Source: Candidatus Delongbacteria bacterium (GTDB taxonomy: Bacteria; CAIWAD01). Taken from it: 64,000 nucleotides of DNA. The stretch lies in NCBI GenBank assembly GCA_963663545.1, contig OY760505.1, positions 1,792,001 to 1,856,000 on the forward strand, written 5' to 3'. Of the stretch, positions 28,847 through 37,241 are shown in pieces (the first letter of the stretch is position 1; every line of letters starts with the position of its first letter). The notes beneath the pieces are model-generated. The model was not told where the DNA came from and did no database searches. It saw only the letters and a list, made by a program, of their open reading frames with translations. The translations under genes were made by a program, and so were the position numbers.

Positions 28847-31540
28847 ATGCCCAGGACCGAACTAACCCGAACCTACGAACCCAACGCCGTGGAAGCGCGC
28901 TGGTATCCGTGGTGGGAGGAGCAGGGCTGCTTCCATATTCAGCCCGACAGCGGCAAGCCCGCATTTACCATCAACATGCCGCCGCCCAACATCACCGGGC
29001 AGCTTCACATGGGGCACGGTCTGCAGGACACGGTACAGGACACCTACATCCGCTACAAGCGTATGAAGGGTTTCGACGCGCATTGGCAGGCGGGCAAGGA
29101 TCACGCTGGCATTGCCACCCAGAACGTGGTTGAGAAAATGCTGCGCGGCGAGGGCCTGACTCGTCACGACCTGGGTCGCGAAGCCTTCCTCGAGCGCGCC
29201 TGGGAATGGCGCAATAAGTACGGTGACATCATCACCGAGCAAAAGCGAAAGCTGGGCGATAGCGCCGACTGGCGGCAGGAAGTCTTCACCATGGATCCCG
29301 GCCCCTCACGCGCGGTGCGCGAGGTTTTCGTGCACCTCTACGAAAAGGGTCTGGTGTACCAGGGCGACTACATCATCAATTGGTGCCCGCGCTGCCACAG
29401 TGCCATTTCCAACGAGGAAGTGAACTACGAGGATCGCGCCGGCCACCTGTGGCACATCGCTTATCCGGTGCTGGATGCGAGCGGCGCGCCCACCGGAGAG
29501 AAGATTGTCGTGGCCACCACGCGCCCGGAAACCATGCTGGGTGATACGGCCATTGCCATTCATCCCGAGAGCGAGCGCACCGCCCATCTCAAGGGCAAGC
29601 GCGTACAGCTGCCGCTGGTGGGCCGCGTGATACCGGTGATCGAAGACGATTTCGTTGATCGCGAGTTCGGCACCGGCTGCGTGAAGATCACGCCCGCCCA
29701 CGATCCCAACGATTTCGAGGCCGGTGTGCGCCACAACCTGGAGCGCATTCTGGTCATCGACGGCACGGGTAAAATGAACGTGAACGCCCCGGCCAAGTAC
29801 CAGGGCATGGATCGCTACGAGTGCCGCAAGGCGGTTCTCGCAGACCTGGAAGCCGAGGGTCTGCTGGTCAAGATTGACGACCACCAGCACAGCGTGGGAC
29901 AGTGTTCGCGTTGTGATACAATTATTGAGCCCTGGCTTTCCAAGCAGTGGTTCGTCAAAGTGAAGCCGCTGGTGGGACCGGCGCTTGCCGCCGTCGCCGA
30001 CGGACGTATCACCTTCCATCCCGCGCACTGGGCCAATGTCTACAACCGCTGGTTGGAAAATCTGCGCGACTGGTGCATCAGTCGTCAACTCTGGTGGGGC
30101 CATCGCATTCCCGTCTTCTACTGTGAAGACTGCGGCGCCATGATGGTGACACGCGAGGATCCAACAGTCTGTGACACATGTGGTTCTACAGACATCCGCC
30201 AGGACGAGGACGTGCTGGACACTTGGTTCAGCAGCTGGCTCTGGCCCTTCACCACACTGGGTTGGCCCGATGTGGACGCGCAAAAGTTCAAGCACTACTT
30301 CCCCACCGACCTGATGGTGACCGGCTACGACATCATCTTCCTCTGGGTGAGCCGCATGGTGATGGCCAGTCTGGAATTCACCGGCGAAGTGCCCTTCCGC
30401 GACGTCTTCATCACCGGCATCGTCAAGGACGAGCAGGGTCGCAAGATGTCCAAGAGCCTGGGCAACGGTATCGATCCGCTGGACATGGTGAAGAGCTACG
30501 GCGCCGACGCGGTGCGCTACTCGATGACCATCCTCAACACCGAGGGTCAGGACATCAAGCTCAGCGAGCAGAAGTTCGAGCTGGGCCGCAACTTCGCCAA
30601 CAAGGTCTGGCAGGCCTTCCGCTTCCTGCACATGCAGGACTGGTCCGTGCTGGGCACTGATTTCGATGTATCACAGCCACGACCGATCGAACTGGCCGAC
30701 GAGTGGATTCTGAGCCGTCTGCACAGCACCATCAAGGCCGTCGATCAGCACTTCGACCGCTACCGGCCCAATGAGAGCCTGCAGGCGATTCACGAGTTCA
30801 TCTGGAGCGAGTTCTGCGACTGGTATGTGGAGCTGATCAAGCCGCGTCTGTACGACAAGGAAGATGAGGGTCGCCGTCGTGATGCACTGGCCAACGCGCT
30901 GCATGTGTTCACGCGTGCTATGCAGCTCTTGCATCCTTTCATGCCCTTCCTGACGGAAGAGATCTGGTCTCACATCCGCGAAGGCCTGGGCGAGCTGGGC
31001 GCGAAGCAGCCTTGGGGCGACGCCCTTATGATGCACGACTATCCGGAGCTTTCCGATGCGCTGGTCAGCGAGGAAGTGGAAGCCCGTTTCCGGCTGGTGC
31101 AGGGTATCACCGTGGCCTTGCGCAACATTCGCGCCGAGCAGCAGGTGAGCCCCAAGCAGCCGATCAAGGTTGTGCTGCAGGGGCCGTCCGAGAAGCTGGG
31201 TGTACTAGAACCCGTCAAGCATTATGTATCACAGCTCGCGCTAGCGGAGTCTTTCGAACTCGGTGGTGAGCGCCCGCGTCCCGCTGCAGCCAACGTGGTG
31301 GACGGCGTGGACGTGCTGGTGGCCCTGGCTGGTTTGATCGACCTGGATGCCGAACGCGCGCGTCTGCAGAAAGAGCAGCAGCGCCTTTCCGGCTTCATTA
31401 CCGGTATCGAGAAAAAGCTGGGCAATGAGAGCTTCGTATCACGCGCACCCGAAGAGGTCGTCGCCAAGGAGCGCGAGAAGCTGGACGCAGCCAAGCTTGA
31501 TCTGGAGCGCATTCAGCACAACCTGAGCGAGTTGGGCTGA
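28847..31540 (+). CDS. valS: Valine--tRNA ligase
   Basis: PPPNITGQLHMGH, DHAGIATQ, ATTRPET, DWCISRQLWWGH, KMSKS, C-terminal coiled coil; SD GGAG. Confidence 0.98.
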   Translation: MPRTELTRTYEPNAVEARWYPWWEEQGCFHIQPDSGKPAFTINMPPPNITGQLHMGHGLQDTVQDTYIRYKRMKGFDAHWQAGKDHAGIATQNVVEKMLRGEGLTRHDLGREAFLERAWEWRNKYGDIITEQKRKLGDSADWRQEVFTMDPGPSRAVREVFVHLYEKGLVYQGDYIINWCPRCHSAISNEEVNYEDRAGHLWHIAYPVLDASGAPTGEKIVVATTRPETMLGDTAIAIHPESERTAHLKGKRVQLPLVGRVIPVIEDDFVDREFGTGCVKITPAHDPNDFEAGVRHNLERILVIDGTGKMNVNAPAKYQGMDRYECRKAVLADLEAEGLLVKIDDHQHSVGQCSRCDTIIEPWLSKQWFVKVKPLVGPALAAVADGRITFHPAHWANVYNRWLENLRDWCISRQLWWGHRIPVFYCEDCGAMMVTREDPTVCDTCGSTDIRQDEDVLDTWFSSWLWPFTTLGWPDVDAQKFKHYFPTDLMVTGYDIIFLWVSRMVMASLEFTGEVPFRDVFITGIVKDEQGRKMSKSLGNGIDPLDMVKSYGADAVRYSMTILNTEGQDIKLSEQKFELGRNFANKVWQAFRFLHMQDWSVLGTDFDVSQPRPIELADEWILSRLHSTIKAVDQHFDRYRPNESLQAIHEFIWSEFCDWYVELIKPRLYDKEDEGRRRDALANALHVFTRAMQLLHPFMPFLTEEIWSHIREGLGELGAKQPWGDALMMHDYPELSDALVSEEVEARFRLVQGITVALRNIRAEQQVSPKQPIKVVLQGPSEKLGVLEPVKHYVSQLALAESFELGGERPRPAAANVVDGVDVLVALAGLIDLDAERARLQKEQQRLSGFITGIEKKLGNESFVSRAPEEVVAKEREKLDAAKLDLERIQHNLSELG

Positions 31541-31563
31541 GGCAAAGCAAACCACGTCTTGTT

Positions 31564-31598
31564 AGGGGCCGTGTCCGCCGAGCGGGTGCGGCCCTTTT
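31564..31598 (+). terminator. Intrinsic terminator after valS
   Basis: AGGGGCCGTGTCCGC-CGA-GCGGGTGCGGCCCTTTT hairpin. Confidence 0.65.
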
Positions 31599-31608
31599 CG
31601 GAGCCCTT

Positions 31609-32205
31609 GTGACACAGACAATTCTTCCGCGCACCTTGGATCACGTTGCACTGCTGGTTGAGAACCTGGATCATTCTCTGCAGGCGCTGAAACAGCTCAA
31701 CCTGCAGCCCGAATCGGTTCAAACCTGGCTCAGCGAAGGGACACGCGAAGCCTACATCGGTGAACCAGACCGCAGCGGACGTCTGTTGTTGATGGAGGCC
31801 GCCGCCGATGGTCCGTACCGGCGTGCCTTGAAAAAGCGCGGTCCGGGCTTGCATCATATCGCGCTGCGCTGCCCAGATCATCTGGCCTGCGCCCACCAGC
31901 TTGGCCGCGATCACGGCTGGCTGCTGCATCACCACACACTGGACAGCCTGCCTTCGTGTAACACCATCTGGTTAGCAAGACCCGGGTTGCCACTGTTGAT
32001 CGAGCTAATGCAAGGTGATGCCACAGAGACAGAGCCTCTTGTATCACACCTCAAATTGAGCATCCTGGACTTCGAGCAAGAGCGACTGCTCTCCATTCTG
32101 CCGGGCATCATGGACTGGCAGCCGTCCGGTGGCATGCAAATGACCCTTGCCAACCGCAGCGTGGACATCATCGACTTGTGTCACGGCGAGCTACGCGAGT
32201 ACTAG
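31609..32205 (+). CDS. VOC family protein (methylmalonyl-CoA epimerase/glyoxalase-like)
   Basis: LDHVAL, LLLME, KRGPGLHHIAL, IELMQ. Confidence 0.7.
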   Translation: MTQTILPRTLDHVALLVENLDHSLQALKQLNLQPESVQTWLSEGTREAYIGEPDRSGRLLLMEAAADGPYRRALKKRGPGLHHIALRCPDHLACAHQLGRDHGWLLHHHTLDSLPSCNTIWLARPGLPLLIELMQGDATETEPLVSHLKLSILDFEQERLLSILPGIMDWQPSGGMQMTLANRSVDIIDLCHGELREY

Positions 32206-32403
32206 CCAAGGCCGTCTATCCTGATCATCGAGCGTATCACGCTCAATCTTCTTGTTCCAACTACTTCGCTTTGGTACTGTAGCTGTGGACTTCAGCCTGC
32301 ACTGCCGCGCGTAGAGAATTCCCGCCCAGATCATCAACGTCGCCACCGGCGGATCGCTCTCGCTGCAATCGCAGGTAACACTCATTCTGGAAAGGAGGCC
32401 CCT

Positions 32404-33123
32404 ATGGCCGAAGAAGCAAAAGCTGGCTGCGCGCGCCCGACGGGCGGACCCGTAACCGGCGGCACGGACCCGACGGAACCCATTGCAGCGGAACAGAAAA
32501 AGGAGAAAATGACGATGATTCAGGTAGGCATGCCAGCGCCCGATTTTGTCGCACCGGCGTATCACAGAGGCACATTCACCAACGTCAAGCTCTCAGACTT
32601 CCTGGGAAAATGGGTAGTGCTCTGCTTCTATCCCGGCGACTTCACCTTTGTCTGAGCCACCGAAGTATCGGCGGTCGCCGATTCCTTTGATGCTTTCCAG
32701 AAGCTTGGTGTTGAAGTCCTTTCCGTGAGCGTTGACAGCATGTTCGTCCACAAGATGTGGAACGATCATGAGCTGTCAAAGATGGTCGAGGGCGGCATTC
32801 CCTTCCCGATGCTATCAGATGGCGGCGGCAAGGTGGGTACCGCTTTCGGCGTCTACGATCCCGATGCCGGTGTTGAAAATCGCGGTCGTTTCCTGATCGA
32901 CCCCGACGGCATCATTCAGGGCTACGAAGTACTGACTCCGCCCGTTGGTCGCAATGTTTCCGAAACCATTCGTCAGGTACAGGCTTTCCAGCTTGTGCGC
33001 GAGAGCAAGGGCAGTCAGGCCACGCCTTCGGGCTGGAAGCCGGGCAAGCCCACGCTGAAGCCGGGCCCCGATCTGGTGGGTAGGGTCTGGGAAGCCTGGA
33101 AACCGGAGATGGCCAAAGAGTAA
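32404..33123 (+). CDS. prxU: Selenocysteine-containing AhpC/TSA peroxiredoxin (PrxU), 239 aa with UGA read-through at 32653-32655
   Basis: ORFs 32404-32655 and 32725-33123 are in one frame; [16 protein letters not shown] puts UGA at the peroxidatic Cys of FYPxDFTFVCPTE; SECIS-like hairpin follows; SD AGGAGG. Confidence 0.92.
32667..32682 (+). promoter_or_regulatory. Putative bacterial SECIS hairpin
   Basis: ATCGGC-GGTC-GCCGAT stem-loop starting 11 nt after the in-frame TGA. Confidence 0.75.
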
Positions 33124-33251
33124 CACGGCCCCGTTTTTGTGTCACGCCCACCGCACTCGTTGACGGTGGGCGTCTTGCACCGTGAGTCGGGAACTTGCCA
33201 GCTTTCCGCTACAAAGGATCATCAGGCATCCCGCCCCAAGGAGAATCAGCA

Positions 33252-33773
33252 ATGAGACTACGCTGGAAATCATTCCTGCTTATGCTGCTGTGCGCTTGTC
33301 ACGCATTGGAGTATCCTTCCACAATAAGCCCGGTCCGCAGTTTCTCCCTTGAGCGCTATCTCGGCACGTGGTACGAAATCGCGCGTCTGGATCACTCCTT
33401 CGAGCGGGACCTACAACGCGTTAGTGCGAACTACTCTCTTCTCGACGACGGTGGTATACGAGTGCTCAATCGTGGTTACTCCACACGCAAAGATGCTTGG
33501 AAGGCAGCCACGGGAAAGGCCTACTTCGTCCGTGATACAGATGAGGGCTTCCTGAAAGTGTCGTTCTTTGGTCCGTTCTACGGCTCCTATGTGATCTTTG
33601 AACTTGACAGCGTCGCGTACCAGTACGCTTTTGTCAGCGGGCCAGACGAATCTTATCTGTGGTTCCTCTCGCGGACTCCCGATGTCTCGACCGAGCTGCG
33701 CGACCACTTCGTGCGACGGGCCGCTGAGTTAGGTTTTCCCGTCAGCGAGTTGATCTTCGTCGATCAGCAATAG
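33252..33773 (+). CDS. blc: Bacterial lipocalin (Blc-like)
   Basis: RYLGTWYEIARLDHSFE, LKVSFFGPFYGSY, YLWFLSRTP. Confidence 0.85.
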   Translation: MRLRWKSFLLMLLCACHALEYPSTISPVRSFSLERYLGTWYEIARLDHSFERDLQRVSANYSLLDDGGIRVLNRGYSTRKDAWKAATGKAYFVRDTDEGFLKVSFFGPFYGSYVIFELDSVAYQYAFVSGPDESYLWFLSRTPDVSTELRDHFVRRAAELGFPVSELIFVDQQ

Positions 33774-33862
33774 CAGAATCAGCCCGGCGCCTGGTAGCAA
33801 TGCAGAAATCGTGGTGCAACCACGCTCGCTTGCTACCTTCCGGAAAACAGGAGGACAGGAAA

Positions 33863-35212
33863 ATGCAGCGAGACATCAACCGGCTCGCCTGCCTGCTGGG
33901 CGCGGGCATTCTAACGCTGGCCCCACTGGCGGGCGCAGAAGACACGAGCAGTATCACCGTCTACAGCGATGGCTTCGGTCTGGTGACCGAAACCCGCGAA
34001 ATGGCCTTTGAGAAAGGCACCCAGAGCGTGCTCTTTGACGGTGTATCACAGTACATCGAAGCCTCCTCGGTGCTCTTCCACGCCAAGGGTCTGAGTCTGC
34101 TGGAGCAGAACTACGAGTACGACCTGGTGGACGGCATGGCGCTGGCCCGGCGTTACCTAGGCGAGATGGTCGATGTGCGTTCCGGCGATGAGGAGCTCAT
34201 TCGCGGCCGTCTGCTCTCCGCCGATTACGAGCTGGTGCTGGACACCGGCGATGGCATCCTCAACCTGCGCGCCGATGCCGTGCGTTCGATTCAGTACCCG
34301 ACGCTTCCCGAAGGCCTGCGTATCAAGCCCGCGCTGCGCTGGCTGGTGAACGCGCCGCGAAGTGGATCACAGGAGGTCTCCATTAGCTACATCACCGGTG
34401 GACTGGGCTGGAACGCCGAGTACGTCTGTCTGGTGAACGAGGACGATAGCGCTATGGAGCTGGCCTCCTGGGTCAATCTGAACAACAACACGGGCATTAG
34501 TTGGCAAAACGCCACTCTGCAGCTGGTGGCTGGCGAAGTGAATCGAGTGCGCAATGAGCGCATGTCAAAGTCGGCGGGTCGCGGCATCGAATATATGGCC
34601 ATGGCCGATGCCAACGAGGGCTTCGAGGAAGAGTCCTTTTTCGAGTATCACCTCTACACCCTAGGCCGTCCCGTGGATCTGGCCAACCGCCAGGACAAGC
34701 AGGTAAGCCTCTTTCCACCGGTCGATGTATCACTGACCAAGCACTACACATGGAGCAGCAACCGCGGTCACGAGGGGGTTCAGGTCACACTGGAGTTCGT
34801 CAACAGCGAAGGCAAGGGCCCGGGCCAGCCGCTACCCGCAGGTCGCTTCCGCCTGTACAAGAAGGATTCCGCCGGGCGCCGCCAACTTATCGGCGAGGAC
34901 GCTATTGAGCACACGCCGGTGGACGAAGAGGTCGATCTGACCATCGGTCAGGCCTTCGATCTTGTGGTCGAACGCACAACGATGGACGAGAAGCGCAGTG
35001 GTCGCACTTACGAATACGCCGCCGAGTTCAAGGTGCGCAACCGCAAGAAAGAAGCCGTCACCATCGACCTGCAGGAGAACGTCTGGGGCGATTGGGAAGT
35101 GCTGTCCTGCAGCCAGGAGTACAGCAAGAAGGACGCGCGCACGCTGCTGATTCCCGTCCAGGTTCCTGCTGGCGAAGAGCGCACCGTCACTTTGCGCGCG
35201 CGCACACACTAG
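33863..35212 (+). CDS. Secreted DUF4139 domain protein
   Basis: Signal peptide, ITVY, LEQNYEYDL, SYITGGLGWNAEY, LVAGEVN, FEYHLY, PLPAG, IGEDAIEHTP, GQAFD; SD AGGAGG. Confidence 0.85.
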   Translation: MQRDINRLACLLGAGILTLAPLAGAEDTSSITVYSDGFGLVTETREMAFEKGTQSVLFDGVSQYIEASSVLFHAKGLSLLEQNYEYDLVDGMALARRYLGEMVDVRSGDEELIRGRLLSADYELVLDTGDGILNLRADAVRSIQYPTLPEGLRIKPALRWLVNAPRSGSQEVSISYITGGLGWNAEYVCLVNEDDSAMELASWVNLNNNTGISWQNATLQLVAGEVNRVRNERMSKSAGRGIEYMAMADANEGFEEESFFEYHLYTLGRPVDLANRQDKQVSLFPPVDVSLTKHYTWSSNRGHEGVQVTLEFVNSEGKGPGQPLPAGRFRLYKKDSAGRRQLIGEDAIEHTPVDEEVDLTIGQAFDLVVERTTMDEKRSGRTYEYAAEFKVRNRKKEAVTIDLQENVWGDWEVLSCSQEYSKKDARTLLIPVQVPAGEERTVTLRARTH

Positions 35213-35231
35213 CGTTTGCGAGATGTATCAC

Positions 35232-35254
35232 GGGGACCTGCGGGTCCCCATTTT
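35232..35254 (+). terminator. Intrinsic terminator after the DUF4139 gene
   Basis: GGGGACC-TGCG-GGTCCCC-ATTTT, directly preceded by TGTATCAC. Confidence 0.65.
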
Positions 35255-35336
35255 CATTCGTGACACTTCCCCTTTGCTCCATCCCCTACGATTCTACGAT
35301 CTTGAAGCATACAGCGATCAAATACAGGGAGTCCCC

Positions 35337-36827
35337 ATGCGCTTCACATTTCTCTTTCTGCTTCTGCTCTGCCAGCTGGCACAGGCTGAGCTGGTCTCGC
35401 GGCGTATTACCATGTATGCCGATGGCGTGGGGCTCGTTGAAGAAAGCCATCGCTTTCGCCTGCAGGAAGGCATCAACTATCTGGCGATTGAGAATCTACT
35501 AGCGGACATGATGCCTTTCACGCTGAGTCTGACGCCCGACGTGGGGCGAATTGTAGAGCTGGAGACCCGCAAGCCAGCGCGCCGACCAACGGATCTGCTA
35601 CTGGAGGCCGAGGGCCAACACGTCGAGCTGACTTGCCAAAGCGGACGCAGCTATTGCGGTCTGATTAAGACGGTGAATCTACTGCAGGGCGATCTCGGCC
35701 CGCGCCAGTCCTGGGAGCTGCTGAATGCCATCCCCAGGGGCAACCTGCTGCTGATTCAGGACGATGGCTCTCGCATCATCCTGGATCTGGAGTCCGTTAG
35801 CGCTGTCAGCCTGCCCGAACCGATGGATCCGGTGGAGAGCGCACGCTGTGATTTCCGCTGGTACTCCTCCTCCCGTCAGCGCGGTGAGTTGAAGCTGGAG
35901 TACTTCATTCCGGACCTGTTCAGCGTGGTGGAATGCAAGGGCGAGCTGGATGAGTATTTCAAGGTAAAGCGGAAGTCGCTCCATGCAGAAGCATTACTCT
36001 GGAACTACTCCGCAAGCGAGCTGAAAGATTGCGAGCTCTATCTTTCCAGCAAGATCTCGTCCCTCAGATTCGGCCCCCGCTGGTTCGAGCTGAATCAGCC
36101 GCAGCGCCGCATGGCAACTCGGCGCGTTCCCCCGTACGAGCTCTCCGAGAGCTATCGGCAGGGAAGGGTAACTTCTGACAGCGATCTTGAAGATCCAGTG
36201 TTCATCGGCGAAGTGAACCTGGCAGCCGGTGGCTATCTGGCTCTGCCGCTCAAGCTCACAACAGATGGTATCAACGCTGCCTGTGCGCACCGTACGGTGA
36301 GCCCGTCACCCGAGGCGCAAAAGCTGAACTGCGAGCTGGTGCTTTGCATGACGACGCAAAATCCGGAGGAGCTGGCCAACTGGCCTTCCGGCTTCCTGAT
36401 CCTGGAGTACCAGCGCATGGGCGGCGACCACCACCGCTATCATAGCGGGCTGGTTTCCTTCGCTCCCGCAGCCACGAACTGGATCAGCATGGGCCGCGAC
36501 CCGGAAGTGAGCTACACACGCACAATCGCAACGCTGACACGCCCGGGAGAGAGTGCGGATTCACTGAGGCACGTCGTGTGGGAGTACACCCTCAGCAATT
36601 CCCTTGATCGTATCGCAAAAGTCTACATCCACGAAGAGTCCGGCGCGAGGAATGAAGTGGAGATCGTTCGCGGAAGCCATCGCTGGAAGCAGAAAGAGAA
36701 CGGCTATGTAATGGAGGTGGACCTACCGGCGGGTGAAACGGTCGAAGCCAGCTGGGAATGGCAAGCCCCAAGAGTACCCCAGTCGGTGCAGGGAATGCGA
36801 CACCCTGACTACATGCCCAGATATTGA
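35337..36827 (+). CDS. Divergent DUF4139-like secreted protein
   Basis: Signal peptide; ITMYADGVGLVEE matches ITVYSDGFGLVTE of the neighbour; similar C-terminal LPAGE; SD AGGGAG. Confidence 0.6.
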   Translation: MRFTFLFLLLLCQLAQAELVSRRITMYADGVGLVEESHRFRLQEGINYLAIENLLADMMPFTLSLTPDVGRIVELETRKPARRPTDLLLEAEGQHVELTCQSGRSYCGLIKTVNLLQGDLGPRQSWELLNAIPRGNLLLIQDDGSRIILDLESVSAVSLPEPMDPVESARCDFRWYSSSRQRGELKLEYFIPDLFSVVECKGELDEYFKVKRKSLHAEALLWNYSASELKDCELYLSSKISSLRFGPRWFELNQPQRRMATRRVPPYELSESYRQGRVTSDSDLEDPVFIGEVNLAAGGYLALPLKLTTDGINAACAHRTVSPSPEAQKLNCELVLCMTTQNPEELANWPSGFLILEYQRMGGDHHRYHSGLVSFAPAATNWISMGRDPEVSYTRTIATLTRPGESADSLRHVVWEYTLSNSLDRIAKVYIHEESGARNEVEIVRGSHRWKQKENGYVMEVDLPAGETVEASWEWQAPRVPQSVQGMRHPDYMPRY

Positions 36828-36916
36828 AGCAACGCCAAAAGGCCCCGAAGGGCTTATCTCTCGTACTGATGTCGTGGCAGTCGGTTGGGGGGAGGGAATC
36901 GGGCACCAGTGAGGAA

Positions 36917-37069
36917 CTATTCCTCGTCGTCCGTATCTGTTTCGCGCGCATAGCGGCCGCCATTGGCCAATACGCGTTCCAGCAGATCCTCGACCCCCCT
37001 CCGGATCTCGGCCACCTTCTCTTCGCCAAGCAAGCTGACGACTTCGTTAGAGTAAATGCTAGCGGACAT
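36917..37069 (-). CDS. Small acidic hypothetical protein (50 aa), below the ORF-track cutoff
   Basis: MSASIYSNEVVSLLGEEKVAEIRRGVEDLLERVLANGGRYARETDTDDEE; fills an otherwise empty 410-bp gap; purine-rich GGGAAAGAG upstream. Confidence 0.5.
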   Translation of the reverse strand: MSASIYSNEVVSLLGEEKVAEIRRGVEDLLERVLANGGRYARETDTDDEE

Positions 37070-37241
37070 TGCTCTTTCCCGCGGGATCGTTCCCGCTTCC
37101 TACCGTATCTTGTTGTCCAGGGCTCGTTTGATTTTGCGAGCCCCATACTACCGCCTTCTTATCGTAGATGCAAGTATGGAGATTGAGTGTGCAAACTTTT
37201 TCACAACAGGTCTATCAATACTATAGAGTCAGGGCTTCTGC

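Noticed and set aside
32404..32655. Peroxiredoxin pseudogene or two separate genes
   Set aside because: The single stop is UGA exactly at the catalytic position with a SECIS-like hairpin, and the rest of the frame is intact
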